A DNA stretch of 64,000 nt from Acidobacteriota bacterium (GCA_963664705.1 OY761556.1:1344001-1408000); one strand, 5' to 3'. Counted from the stretch's first letter, positions 21,178 to 32,527 are shown. Notes: generated from the letters alone by a model not told the origin. Made by a program: numbers and translations.

Positions 21178-22050
21178 ATGAAACGGAATACATTCTCTAT
21201 TGCTGTTGCTGCCATAGGCGCAGTTCTTGCCGTCTCTTTGATGATGTGTGTCGCTCAGAACAAAAGCGCGAAAGCGCCGTTTGTTCCTTCTCCGATTTTC
21301 TCGGCTCCGTATCCGCCGCTTCCTCATCATTTCAGCAACCTGAAGACCATCCAGATCCTGTGCCAGGCCCCCAAGGGCGCTCTCAAAAAGGCGCTGATGC
21401 CGCCCATGGAAACAACGGCCGAAGCCGATACCTTCGTCCTGCTCATGGGCTGGACCGGTGACGTGGAAAAGAAGGGCTTCAATGTTCACGAGATCGCCAT
21501 CAATGCCCCGATGACCTGGAAAGGGAAGTCCGGCAATACCACGCTGATCGAATACATCGACAGCGACATGGGTCTCATCGCCGGCCGCGAAGTCTATGGC
21601 TGGCCGAAAAAGATGGCCGACATCACCTGGACTCAGACCGCGACCGGCTGGACCGTCACGGCAAACAAAATGAAGGACCAGGCCAGCCTTCCCCTGATGA
21701 AGGTGGAATACAAAGTATCGAAGACCCTCCCCCAGGTTACATGGCCGCAGATGGGCCCCACCTACCTGGTACGACGCATCCCGAATGCTTCTCCCACCAC
21801 CCCGTCGCTGAACCAGATGATCTGCGTCGGTTGCAACGCCCCGAAAGCCTCCACCGGCCCGCTCGCCATCCCGGCCGGACCGAAGGATACGAGAGGCACC
21901 GCGACCATAGAGTTCTTCGACGGCCCGCATGATCCGCTGAAATTCCTCGGCCCGATCAAGGTGCTCGATGCCAAAATGACCGTGGTCGACGGAGATATGG
22001 GCGGCGGCGGCCTCGGCTTGGGCGAAGTCCTGTCCCAGTGGGAAGAATAG
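21178..22050 (+). CDS. Acetoacetate decarboxylase-family protein with signal peptide
   Basis: AGREVYGWPKKMADI signature; hydrophobic N-terminus. Confidence 0.75.
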   Translation: MKRNTFSIAVAAIGAVLAVSLMMCVAQNKSAKAPFVPSPIFSAPYPPLPHHFSNLKTIQILCQAPKGALKKALMPPMETTAEADTFVLLMGWTGDVEKKGFNVHEIAINAPMTWKGKSGNTTLIEYIDSDMGLIAGREVYGWPKKMADITWTQTATGWTVTANKMKDQASLPLMKVEYKVSKTLPQVTWPQMGPTYLVRRIPNASPTTPSLNQMICVGCNAPKASTGPLAIPAGPKDTRGTATIEFFDGPHDPLKFLGPIKVLDAKMTVVDGDMGGGGLGLGEVLSQWEE

Positions 22051-22054
22051 TCCC

Positions 22055-22168
22055 TTAGACGTTAGACGTTGAGACGTTAGACGTTGAGACGTTGGACGTT
22101 GGACGTTGAGACGTTGCACGTTGAACGTTCCAACGTTCCAACGTGTAACGTCCAACGTCCAACGTTCC
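22055..22168. repeat. ACGT-core repeat cluster, bipartite (G-rich arm then C-rich arm)
   Basis: ttagacg/ttggacg units switch to aacgtcc/aacgttcc. Confidence 0.93.
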
Positions 22169-22178
22169 GAGAGGCGGT

Positions 22179-23399
22179 ATGACTGAATCGCTACCCATCT
22201 ATGCGGAATTCTTTCCGGCTCTTTCGCAGGACCTGATTTCGAATGGGAGCGTTGCCCTGATGCTCCTCGATGTCTCGGAGTTCGATGTCATCGAGGAACT
22301 GTACGGCTCCCAAATCTATACCCTTGTGCGCAATCGCTTGATCCACATGCTCGTGGAACAGGCCGGAAAAGAATTCCGACGCGAAGACATCCTCGCCCTC
22401 GAACAGCCGGAGGGACTGCAGATCCTGCTCTTCCTCAGCCCCAAACGCCACTCCAAACTGCGATCCTTCAAAGACCTCGACTTCGTACGCACCCGGATGG
22501 CCCAGTCCCTGGTCCCTTCTCTCGTGCGCACCGCCTTCCCCTATCTGAAAAAGCCCCCGCGCATCGATATAGGATTTTCGATCGGCGTGAATAATCCGCT
22601 CCAGGACCCGCATCATATTATTTTGCGCGTCATCCGCGAGGCCGGCGAGCGCGCCCGCTGGCAGCGCGAAACGGATAAATTGTACCGGTTGCAGGAACTG
22701 AAAGAGACCATCGTCAACGAACAGATCACGACCGTTTTTCAGCCGATCGTCGGGATCCATGACCGAAGGCCGATCGGGTTTGAAGCCCTGACCCGCGGCG
22801 GCAAGGATTCCGGCTTCTCCTCCGTGGACGAAATGTTCAACACCGCGATCAAATGCCACCTGCTGGTGGAACTGGATCGCCTGTGCCGCAACCGCGCCCT
22901 GATTGCCGCCAGCCGCCTGCCGGCCGGAACCAAGGTTTTCATCAACACGCTCCCCGCCACGATCCGCGATCCGCAATTCCAGGGGCAGGCTCTGATTCAA
23001 TTGCTGGACCAGGGGAGCCTTACCCCCGACCGCATCGTCATCGAAATCACCGAAAAGCTGTTGATCGACAACCTCAGCATGTTCCAGGAATCGCTGAGCT
23101 ATTTCACCGCGCTCGGCATGGCGCTCGCCGTCGATGATGTCGGCTCGGGTTACTCCGGCCTCGAAACCATCGGCAAGCTTCGCCCCGGGTATCTCAAACT
23201 GGACGCCTCGCTCATTCAGGATCTGCCCCACCGCCCCGTCAGCCAGGAAATGGTCAAGGCGATCCTTACCCTCGCACGCGGCATCGGCTCGAAGGTCATC
23301 GCCGAGGGAATCGAAACAGAAGCGGAATTGGATATTCTCCGAAATATCGGAGTCGACTACGGACAGGGGTATCTTCTGGGCAGGCCGCAGGAACGATGA
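22179..23399 (+). CDS. EAL-domain c-di-GMP phosphodiesterase with degenerate GGDEF-like N-terminus
   Basis: FQPI, FEAL, FINT, IEITE, DDVGSGYS, KLD, EGIET, GQGY all present. Confidence 0.92.
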   Translation: MTESLPIYAEFFPALSQDLISNGSVALMLLDVSEFDVIEELYGSQIYTLVRNRLIHMLVEQAGKEFRREDILALEQPEGLQILLFLSPKRHSKLRSFKDLDFVRTRMAQSLVPSLVRTAFPYLKKPPRIDIGFSIGVNNPLQDPHHIILRVIREAGERARWQRETDKLYRLQELKETIVNEQITTVFQPIVGIHDRRPIGFEALTRGGKDSGFSSVDEMFNTAIKCHLLVELDRLCRNRALIAASRLPAGTKVFINTLPATIRDPQFQGQALIQLLDQGSLTPDRIVIEITEKLLIDNLSMFQESLSYFTALGMALAVDDVGSGYSGLETIGKLRPGYLKLDASLIQDLPHRPVSQEMVKAILTLARGIGSKVIAEGIETEAELDILRNIGVDYGQGYLLGRPQER

Positions 23400-23672
23400 A
23401 ACGTTGCACGTTGGACGTTTGGACGTTGGACGATGGGAACGTTGCACGTTGCGACGTTGGACGTTAGACGTTGGGACGTTGGACGATGGGACGGGAAACG
23501 TTGGACGTTGAACGTTGGGACGTTTGGACGTTGGACGTTTGGACGATGGGAACGTTGGATGTTGGAACGTTGAACGTTTGAAGAAACTGGATCAAGGCCG
23601 AATAATCCGTGTGGGCTCCCGTTCCCACGTCCCTCGTCCAACGTCTAACGTCCAACGTCTAACGTCTAACGT
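23400..23672. repeat. ACGT-core repeat cluster, bipartite with about 40-bp spacer
   Basis: G-rich 23400-23580, C-rich 23620-23672; fills the gap between convergent stops. Confidence 0.93.
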
Positions 23673-23673
23673 A

Positions 23674-24705
23674 TTATTCCGCCTTGATCTGATCCCACAT
23701 TTTATTGTATTTCGCCGTATCCGCTCCAAGATCGTCAATCACCTCGCACTTCGCCTTCACCTGCGGTGCCAGGAATACGGCCGGGTTATTGCGCAGTTCC
23801 GCGTTCACCTTCGGATAGCTCGTCTGGTTCGGGCAGACATACGAAAGGAAATTCGTATTCTCCGCCGCCACTTCCGGATCGTGGATAAAATTAATAAACG
23901 CATGCGCGAGCTTCGCTTCTTTCGCGTTCTTCAGAATCACCAGGTCGTCGCACGAAATCGACGTCCCTTCCGCCGGGATCACAAACTGAATATCCGCATT
24001 CTCCTTTTGCACCTGCAAAAGATCGCCGCTGAAGCCGTGGACGAGCAGAAATTCTCCCGACGCGAGTCCGCCCTTGTATTGCTCCGATTCGAACTTCGCC
24101 AGGTTCTTTTTCCACGCGATGACCACGTCGCGCGCCGCGGCGAGCTCCCTGTCGTCCCGCGAATTCAGGCTGTACCCGAGCGATTTCAGCGCGGCACCCA
24201 GCGTCTCGCGCATGTCGTTGAGCATGGTCATCCGCCCTTTCAGCGCCGCCTGGTTGAACATCGTCCACGAAGGCGTGAAGTTCTGCACCTTCGACTTCAA
24301 ATAGGCGATCCCGGTATTGGTCAGCATGTACGGGACGCTGTGCTCCATCTTCGGATCCATCGCGATCTTCAGGTAGTCGGTGTCGACATGCTTCAGGTTC
24401 GGCAGCTGGCTGTGGTCCATCACCTGAAGATACCCCTGATTGTTCATTATTTTGACGAAATAGCTGCTGGGGGTCAGCAGATCGTACCCGGTCGCGCCCG
24501 CCTTGATCTTGGCGTACATCGATTCATTCGATTCAAAGGTGTCGATGACGATCTTGCAGCCGTGCTCTTTTTCAAAACGCTGCAGCAGCTCCGGCTTGAA
24601 ATAGTCCGCCCAGGTGTAGATCTTCAATTCAGGCGTCTGGCGCCGGCAGCCCATGGGCATACAGCACAGGATGAGGGACAGAAGAATCAAAGACCGGAAT
24701 TTCAT
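23674..24705 (-). CDS. potD: Spermidine/putrescine ABC transporter substrate-binding protein
   Basis: IYTWADY, FESNE, GYDLLTPS, PAEGT..SCD. Confidence 0.9.
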   Translation of the reverse strand: MKFRSLILLSLILCCMPMGCRRQTPELKIYTWADYFKPELLQRFEKEHGCKIVIDTFESNESMYAKIKAGATGYDLLTPSSYFVKIMNNQGYLQVMDHSQLPNLKHVDTDYLKIAMDPKMEHSVPYMLTNTGIAYLKSKVQNFTPSWTMFNQAALKGRMTMLNDMRETLGAALKSLGYSLNSRDDRELAAARDVVIAWKKNLAKFESEQYKGGLASGEFLLVHGFSGDLLQVQKENADIQFVIPAEGTSISCDDLVILKNAKEAKLAHAFINFIHDPEVAAENTNFLSYVCPNQTSYPKVNAELRNNPAVFLAPQVKAKCEVIDDLGADTAKYNKMWDQIKAE

Positions 24706-25472
24706 ACGACCTCCTTGGTTAAGCGCTGGCTGAAAAAGACCGTCAGAAAAGTGATCAGCAGCAGGATAGACGAGAGCGCGTTGATCAGCGGCGGCGACCC
24801 GTACTTGATCATGCTGTAAATGCGTATCGGCAGCGTGGTGGAGCCGGGTCCGGCCACGAAGAACGTGATGACGAAATCATCGATGGACAGCGTGAAGGCG
24901 AGCAGCCCTCCCGCGACAATCCCGGGCATCAGCAGCGGCAGCAGCACGCGCCACAGCGTCGTCCACCAGTCCGCGCCCAGGTCCTGTGCCGCTTCCACGA
25001 TCGCATAATCGAAATCCTGCAGCCGCCCCAGCACCACCATCGCCACGTAGCTGATGCAGAACGTCACGTGCGCCAGGAAAATGGTGAAGAGCCCCAGCTC
25101 GATGTGCAGCGCGACAAAGAACAGCAGCAGGCTGATCCCCATCAGGATTTCCGGCACCACCAGCGGCGTGTAGATCAGGGCGTAATGGAATTTCTGCAGC
25201 CGCGAGGAGTAGCGGTGCAGCGCAATCGCCGCGGTAGTCCCAAGGATCACGGACACAATGGTGGCGCTCATTGCAATCAGCAGACTGTTGGTCAGCGCGT
25301 GCCAGATTTCCCGCTCCCGGTACAGCTGCCGGTACCAGTGCAGCGACCAGCCCTGCCACGAACCGCCGAAGCGCGAGCCGTTGAACGAATACAGGACCAG
25401 CACGAAGATCGGCAGGTAGAAGAAAATCAGCAGCCCCCACGTGATGATCAGCGGAAAACGGCTCCGTTTCAT
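24702..25472 (-). CDS. potC: Spermidine/putrescine ABC permease
   Basis: FYLPIFVLVLYSFN, EAAQDLGA, AFTLSIDDF; ATGA overlaps with neighbours. Confidence 0.9.
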   Translation of the reverse strand: MKRSRFPLIITWGLLIFFYLPIFVLVLYSFNGSRFGGSWQGWSLHWYRQLYREREIWHALTNSLLIAMSATIVSVILGTTAAIALHRYSSRLQKFHYALIYTPLVVPEILMGISLLLFFVALHIELGLFTIFLAHVTFCISYVAMVVLGRLQDFDYAIVEAAQDLGADWWTTLWRVLLPLLMPGIVAGGLLAFTLSIDDFVITFFVAGPGSTTLPIRIYSMIKYGSPPLINALSSILLLITFLTVFFSQRLTKEVV

Positions 25473-26341
25473 GCGTCCTCCTCGATCAGCGGCGCGGCTT
25501 TTCCCTTTTTTTTCTGCAGCACCATGACCGCCAGCAGCGGCAGCAGCACCGCCAGGATCAACAGCGCCGACAGCCCGCTCGCGTGCGGCAGGTTGCGGTC
25601 GACGAAAACGCGCTGGGCGATCTTGTTCCCCAGCATCTCTCCGCCGGGCCCTCCCACGATATCCGGGATGACATACGAGCCGAGCGCCGGGATGAAGACC
25701 ACCAGGATGGACGTCCAGAGCCCGCGGCGAATTCCCGGCAGGAACACGTATATAAAGGACTGCCAGCGCCGCGCGCCCAGGTCCTGCGCCGCTTCCATCA
25801 ACCGGAAGTCGAATTTTTCCGCGGCCGCGTAAATCGGGAGGATGGCGAAAGGCAGAAATGTATACACCATCACCAGCCAGACCGCCCACGCGTTGTACAG
25901 CAGAGAGGCCTGCGGGCTCAGGAGGTGCAGGAACACCAGCGTCTTCTTGATCATCCCCTCCGGATGGAGCAGCGTTTTCCAGGCAAAGATGCGGATCAGG
26001 AAACTGGTCCAGAAAGGGATGATGACGAGCAGCAGCAGGATCTGCCGCCAGCGCTGGCTCGCGCGCGCCAGGCAGTAACCGGCGGGCGTTGCCAGGAAGA
26101 TGCAGGCCGCCGTCGTCAGCAGGCTGAGATAGATCGTGCGCCAGATGATGATCGGGTAGTTCGGGTTGCCCAGGCTGCGCAGCGTCGCCAGCGTCCAGCC
26201 TGCACCGATCCCGCCATACAGGTCGGTCGGTTTGAAGGTGATGGCAAAGACGATGAGCGTGGGGATCAGGAAGAGCAGCACCAGCCAGAGCAGCGACGGC
26301 GCCGTGATCAGCCATTCCTGGATCTTTTTGTTGCGAGCCAT
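25469..26341 (-). CDS. potB: Spermidine/putrescine ABC permease
   Basis: IPFWTSFLIR, YTFLPFAILPIY, EAAQDLGA, VFIPALG. Confidence 0.9.
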   Translation of the reverse strand: MARNKKIQEWLITAPSLLWLVLLFLIPTLIVFAITFKPTDLYGGIGAGWTLATLRSLGNPNYPIIIWRTIYLSLLTTAACIFLATPAGYCLARASQRWRQILLLLVIIPFWTSFLIRIFAWKTLLHPEGMIKKTLVFLHLLSPQASLLYNAWAVWLVMVYTFLPFAILPIYAAAEKFDFRLMEAAQDLGARRWQSFIYVFLPGIRRGLWTSILVVFIPALGSYVIPDIVGGPGGEMLGNKIAQRVFVDRNLPHASGLSALLILAVLLPLLAVMVLQKKKGKAAPLIEEDA

Positions 26342-26357
26342 ATTCATCACCTGCTGC

Positions 26358-26632
26358 GCATTGGAAGCGCCGGCGTCTCGACGAATTCCGCCTATTATTT
26401 GTTCTAAGCCCTGCGACGCGAGCGAAGCCATAGGCCCGGAGGGCCGAAAGAGCGTAGCCGGGGGTGAGCGCTTTTTGCGAACCCCCGGTTGGAGAGAAGC
26501 CTAGTAAGAGCCCTGGAGGGGCGAAAGATCGGCATTCTGCCGCCCCTTCAGGGCTTGTTACCAGCCTAATCCAATCCGGGGGTTCGCTTCGCTTCACCCC
26601 CGGCTACGTTCTGGCCGCCCCTCCGGGGCTAG
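26358..26632. repeat. Large palindromic REP/MITE-like element between potA and potB
   Basis: cgtagccgggggtga...ttcgcttcacccccggctacg arms; reverse-complement match to the unit of the 40.4-42.1 kb array. Confidence 0.85.
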
Positions 26633-26665
26633 GCCTTCATGATGCCTTCACGATTGTGTCACACG

Positions 26666-27823
<1,158 letters not shown>

Positions 27824-27879
27824 CCCCTAGCCCTTCCATCCGAGGTGTTGTCGCCAGCCGTTCCCGCGCCGTTTTCGCG

Positions 27880-28614
27880 CTAATCGAGATTAAAGGTGAG
27901 CGTCGCGCCGCCGTACAACGTCTGTCCGCGGGGAGTCACGCTGTTGTTCCGGATCGCTTGCCGCGCATTCTCGCTGAGCGCGGTCGAGTAGCCGAGCATC
28001 GGTTCGAACGTCACGCGCTTGCCCAGCGGCAGCGTCAGCGATGTCTGGAAATCGGCGCTGTAGAAATTCGAGAAATCCTTTCCCTCATCGTTCGTTCCCA
28101 TGTAGGAATTCTTCAGCACGTAGCCGGCATGCGCCTTGATGTTTAACGCTGCCTTCTTGCCGAGAGGGATGGCGGGCTCCAGCCCTACCTGTATGTAGGA
28201 TCCCTTCCCGTAATTTACGTCGCGATAAATGTAGAGGGAAGGTTTGAGCGCATCGTCGTGGCTCATGCCGGTGTAAATCTCGTCGCTGTCAGGCCCTTCG
28301 TTGACGCCGTAGTGGATATAGCCGATCTCGTAGCTGTATTTGTCCTTCTCCTTGGTGTACGAGGCGGTGATATCGGCTTCAGACCAGCGGCGCGGGTCGA
28401 ATTGATAATTCGCCCACAGGTTCAGGGCAAAGCCGTTATTGCCGACCGTCACGGAAGGCTGGAAAACTCCACCCTCGCTCAACCGCATGCCGCGCCACAT
28501 ATAATGAGAGAAAACCGCGCCGGAGACTTCGAATTGCTTGTCCTGGGCAGGAAGAACCTCGGGAATGATTGTAAGCAAGATCAGGAGCAGTCCGCAGAGC
28601 TTGAGATTTTTCAT
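27880..28614 (-). CDS. Putative outer-membrane beta-barrel (TorF-like porin family)
   Basis: Signal peptide; SHYMWRG..LS..GVFQP N-terminal motif; amphipathic strands. Confidence 0.65.
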   Translation of the reverse strand: MKNLKLCGLLLILLTIIPEVLPAQDKQFEVSGAVFSHYMWRGMRLSEGGVFQPSVTVGNNGFALNLWANYQFDPRRWSEADITASYTKEKDKYSYEIGYIHYGVNEGPDSDEIYTGMSHDDALKPSLYIYRDVNYGKGSYIQVGLEPAIPLGKKAALNIKAHAGYVLKNSYMGTNDEGKDFSNFYSADFQTSLTLPLGKRVTFEPMLGYSTALSENARQAIRNNSVTPRGQTLYGGATLTFNLD

Positions 28615-28699
28615 CGAAGACCTCGACGTGGGAAAAGGAACATTGATTCCATTAAAAGTGCGGAGTGTATGAGGTATGGGGGGGGATGTCAAGGGGGAG

Positions 28700-28877
28700 G
28701 TTGGACGTTGGGACGTTGGGACGTTGGACGTTGGGAACGTTGGACGTTGGGACGTTGGACGTCGGGACGTTGGACGTTGGGACGTTGGAACGTTGGGGAC
28801 GTTGGGAACGTTGGACGTTGGACGGTGGGGCGTTGGAGGTTGGACGTTGGGACGTTGGACGTTGGGACGTTGGACGC
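28700..28877 (+). repeat. ACGT-core repeat cluster, G-rich arm
   Basis: Tandem ttggacg/tgggacg flanked by ggggag-rich ends. Confidence 0.95.
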
Positions 28878-28890
28878 GGGAGGGGGGAGG

Positions 28891-29649
28891 TTAGCGACGG
28901 GAGGAGGGAGATTGCAAAGGCGGCCAGTCGTTCAGGCCGATGACGGCTTCGGCCGGGATTTCGTGCCCGCCATCAAAAGGGACAAACGTAACCTGCAGGC
29001 CTGCCTTTACCATGTCCATCCGCAGACGCTCCGCGAGGTCGTACGGCAGGATGTTGTCGCCGCGCCCGTGGGCCATGAAGACCGGAAGCCCTTTGCGCCG
29101 CGCCATGCCGGCCCGCCAAGCTGCTTCATTGACTGGCGTCCCCGAAAAGATAATCAGCGCCGACAGAGGTTCGTCCGACATAAAAGCGATCTGGCAGGCG
29201 ACCATGGCTCCCTGCGAAAAGCCGCCCAGGAGGAACGGGTGTTTGGCCGAATTCCCTTCGGCCGACATCACGGCGCGCACCTCCTGCGCGGCCGATTCCA
29301 GTCCGCCGGGCGCGTCGAGCGACAGGTCGATGCCGTTCTGGTGGATGCGCAGGTGCGCCGCGAGATCCAGGTCCCACCACGCAAGCCCTCCCGTGGACCC
29401 GTCGGTGCGCAGCGCCGGCACCGTGGCCTCCGGAAACAGGAAGCGCCCGTTGCCGGGGAGCGCGATACTTTCCGAAAAGGGAAGCCAGTGCTCGGCGGAA
29501 GAGCCATAGCCGTGCAGCAGCAGAAGCGTCGGCGGCCCCTCTCCCCCGCGCTGAATCACGCGCAGCGGCATTTTGGGCGAAAGCATCAGCACCACTGCCG
29601 TCACCGCCACCGCAACCAAAATAACAATCAGTATGTATTTCCCGCGCAT
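28891..29649 (-). CDS. Phospholipase/carboxylesterase family hydrolase
   Basis: LLLHGYG, LGGFSQGA, AHGRGD, FDGGHEI. Confidence 0.9.
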   Translation of the reverse strand: MRGKYILIVILVAVAVTAVVLMLSPKMPLRVIQRGGEGPPTLLLLHGYGSSAEHWLPFSESIALPGNGRFLFPEATVPALRTDGSTGGLAWWDLDLAAHLRIHQNGIDLSLDAPGGLESAAQEVRAVMSAEGNSAKHPFLLGGFSQGAMVACQIAFMSDEPLSALIIFSGTPVNEAAWRAGMARRKGLPVFMAHGRGDNILPYDLAERLRMDMVKAGLQVTFVPFDGGHEIPAEAVIGLNDWPPLQSPSSRR

Positions 29650-29653
29650 AGCT

Positions 29654-29772
29654 CACGTTCCACGTTCCCACGTTCCACGTTCCAACGTTCAACGTTCAAC
29701 GTTCAAACGTCCAACGTCCAACGTCCCAACGTCCCAACGTCCAACGTCCAACGTCCAACGTCCAACGTCCAA
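29654..29772 (-). repeat. ACGT-core repeat cluster, C-rich arm
   Basis: Tandem aacgtcc/cacgttcc. Confidence 0.95.
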
Positions 29773-29779
29773 CCTCTTT

Positions 29780-31681
29780 TCACCATCCCCCACCGCCGCC
29801 GCCGCCGGAATGTCCGCCACCTCCGCCGCCGCTGCTTCCGCTGGAACTGGGCGCCGCAACGCCCGCCGCCATCGTTCCGGCCACGGCCGCCCACGACGCG
29901 CTGGCTCCGGCGCCTCCGAACGCGCCGCCTCCACCGCTCCACGACCGGCTTCCGCCGCCGCTTCCCGTGAAGCTTCCGGTCGAGCCAATCGTGTGCGCGA
30001 TCTCCGTCTCTTGTCCGCCAAAGGAATGAAACCACTCATCCACCGAATCGCCAAGCCCGAACGCCAGCAGGTAGGGATACCACGCGTCCTGCAGCTCCGG
30101 GTTCGCCTGCGCCAGCTGCAGCCGGAAGTATTCGCGCGCGGCGGCAAATTTCTGGCGAAAGAGGATCTGGACCTGGTTTTCGCGCGACATAGCTGCGTTC
30201 AGCACGCTGTTGAAAGCTGCGATCAGCAGGACCATCACCCCCGCCGCTACCCAGGCGCTGATGGGCAGTGGCCCCAGAAGCATCGCCACCGTGAAAACCC
30301 CCGTCATGATGGTCATCGGTATCATCATCATGATGAAGTGCAGACGCAGCCTGACCAGCCGCTTGCGATAGAGGCAGGCCAGGACGATGGCGGGAATATA
30401 CGGCACGAACACCGAGGCCGCGCCGATGATCCCTGCCGCCAGGTCCGGCAGCCCGGCAATGCGGTCCGTCATGGCCGAAAGAACTCCAATCACAATCAGC
30501 GCGACTCCCGCGGCCACCAGCGCGAAGGTTTTTTTCCACGACGGCTTGCTGCCGGTGCCGGAGGTTGCCAGCAGATCCTGCATCTGGATCTCGAGCGGCT
30601 TCCTGATTTTCGACGCCGGGTCGAACCCGGAGCTCTCGTAATGCGCTTTGACGCGCTCGGTGTTGGTTTCGTTGCCTCCGTCGTAGAACAGCGCGTTCAC
30701 GAGATCGACCTCGTACCCTTCAAAGCCGCCTCCCTGTTTCCAGAGGTGAAGCACTCCGGAATGCTTGGATTTCCCCCGCACCTCGCTCCTCAGCTTTCCT
30801 TCGAGAACCAGGCGTGCGAGCACCGCCGCGACTTCGGCCGAGCCGACGCTTTCATCCCAGATCGTGCCGACCAGTTCCGGCGGGTATTGCAGGATGTTGG
30901 TTTCAATCCACCCGCGGTTGATGGAGGACGCGGGAAGGAGCGGGGCAAACCGGCCCAGCGCTTTTTCCCGTTGATAGAAGCGGGAGATCAGTACGGGAAT
31001 CGCCACGAACAGGATGATCAGGAGCGTTCCGCGCACGCCGAACGAAAGCCCGGCACGCGCAGCCGCAGGCTTGCCCGATCCCTCGTAGCGCAGCGGAATC
31101 GTCACGAGATACCCGCGGCCGGGCGGGATCGGCCCGAATCCGGTCGGCCCTTCGAATGCCTGCATCGGCTTCCAGACCGGGTCCAGTGTGAGCGACAGCG
31201 AAAATTTTTCAATCATGCCGGACCGGTCCGGGAAAGCGAAATCATGGTCCAGCAGGTAACGGCTATCCTCCGGAACCAGGATATTCGAGAGCGTGTACCG
31301 GAGCACATAGGTGATTTCCTTGTTGTCGAAAGCGGGATCCGTGGGAAGCCGGCTTCTCCAGCGCAGATGGCTGGTGTCGATCCATTTATATTCGTCGATT
31401 TCCGAGAGGCTGCCGCGGCTCAGCTCTATTTCCTGGCCGGTGGCAGAATCAACGCGCATGAGGCTTTCAAGGTGGAGACTCTGGCCCAGCCGAAGGTTGA
31501 AGGTGCGTGCGCCGCCGTTCCAGTTTCCGTTGAAGACCATGGACTGCCGTTCTTCAACGTGCAGTCTGCCGTCGGCATCGAGCTGCGCGGTGACCGTCAT
31601 GTCGCGCCAGTAGAGAGTTTGTTCCGCTGCCGCGGCGAAGGGGCTCGATAAAACCAATATTATGAGAAGCCTTCCGATCAT
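29780..31681 (-). CDS. DUF2207-family membrane protein
   Basis: Signal peptide, DGRLHVEE N-terminal motif, TM helices, YLLAFG, Gly/Ser tail ending GGGGGGGW. Confidence 0.85.
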   Translation of the reverse strand: MIGRLLIILVLSSPFAAAAEQTLYWRDMTVTAQLDADGRLHVEERQSMVFNGNWNGGARTFNLRLGQSLHLESLMRVDSATGQEIELSRGSLSEIDEYKWIDTSHLRWRSRLPTDPAFDNKEITYVLRYTLSNILVPEDSRYLLDHDFAFPDRSGMIEKFSLSLTLDPVWKPMQAFEGPTGFGPIPPGRGYLVTIPLRYEGSGKPAAARAGLSFGVRGTLLIILFVAIPVLISRFYQREKALGRFAPLLPASSINRGWIETNILQYPPELVGTIWDESVGSAEVAAVLARLVLEGKLRSEVRGKSKHSGVLHLWKQGGGFEGYEVDLVNALFYDGGNETNTERVKAHYESSGFDPASKIRKPLEIQMQDLLATSGTGSKPSWKKTFALVAAGVALIVIGVLSAMTDRIAGLPDLAAGIIGAASVFVPYIPAIVLACLYRKRLVRLRLHFIMMMIPMTIMTGVFTVAMLLGPLPISAWVAAGVMVLLIAAFNSVLNAAMSRENQVQILFRQKFAAAREYFRLQLAQANPELQDAWYPYLLAFGLGDSVDEWFHSFGGQETEIAHTIGSTGSFTGSGGGSRSWSGGGGAFGGAGASASWAAVAGTMAAGVAAPSSSGSSGGGGGGHSGGGGGGGW

Positions 31682-31732
31682 AATGCCTCCCGGGTTTGAT
31701 GAAATGAGGCCCCACTTTACCGCGATAACGTG

Positions 31733-31878
31733 AAACGTTGCAACGTTAGACGTTAGACGTTGGGACGTTGGACGAGAAAACCGTTGGACGAAAAAACGTT
31801 GGACGTTGAACGTTGGGACGTTGGACGATTGGACGTTGGACGAGAAAACGTTGGACGATCGGACGTTGGACGATGGGA
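31733..31878 (+). repeat. ACGT-core repeat cluster, G-rich arm
   Basis: Tandem ttggacg variants. Confidence 0.93.
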
Positions 31879-31886
31879 GGGGGAGG

Positions 31887-32255
31887 CTATGGGTGGGATT
31901 GAAGGTATTTGATGAAATTTGAGAGCTGGGCAGCGAGCTTTCTGGCTTTGTCCATGACTACATCGAATTTTTCGGAATTAATGTAGGCTTGATCCAAAGC
32001 AACATACAATTGCGATTGCACCTCTCCCGTAGAACCCTTCGCAATTCGTAAATATCGGATGAAGATTCCCTTGGGACCGGATGCATATCCCTCCGCTATA
32101 TTACTCATCGCACTTACCGCCGCTCGACGGATTTGATCCCTTAAGCCGAAATCCCGGGAGAAGCCTCCCTGGTTGGATAGATCATAAATCAGCTTTGTGA
32201 GTTCGCGGGCGACTTGCCAGGCGTTGATGCTTTCGAAGGATATGATTTTTGACAT
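31887..32255 (-). CDS. Four helix bundle protein (23S rRNA IVP / bAvd-like family)
   Basis: FESINAWQ, DFGLRDQIRRAAVSAMSNIAEG, YLRIAKGSTGEVQSQL. Confidence 0.93.
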   Translation of the reverse strand: MSKIISFESINAWQVARELTKLIYDLSNQGGFSRDFGLRDQIRRAAVSAMSNIAEGYASGPKGIFIRYLRIAKGSTGEVQSQLYVALDQAYINSEKFDVVMDKARKLAAQLSNFIKYLQSHP

Positions 32256-32262
32256 AAAAGGA

Positions 32263-32504
32263 TGTTGGACGTTAGGAACGTTAGACGTTGGACGTTAGGA
32301 ACGTTAGACGTTGGACGTTTGAACGTTGCACGTTTGAACGTTGCACGTTGAAATGAATGTTTCTGCCGGACATAAATTATTTCACTAAAAAAGTAAAACC
32401 TCCAACGTCTAACGTCCCAACGTCCAACGGTTTTATCGTCCAACGTCTAACGTCCCAACGTCCCAACGTCCAACGTCTAACGTTCCCCGTCCAACGTTCC
32501 ACGT
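32263..32504. repeat. ACGT-core repeat cluster, bipartite with about 50-bp AT-rich spacer
   Basis: G-rich 32263-32350, C-rich 32400-32504, between divergent genes. Confidence 0.93.
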
Positions 32505-32527
32505 TTTTATGTTATGCTGCAGACCTA

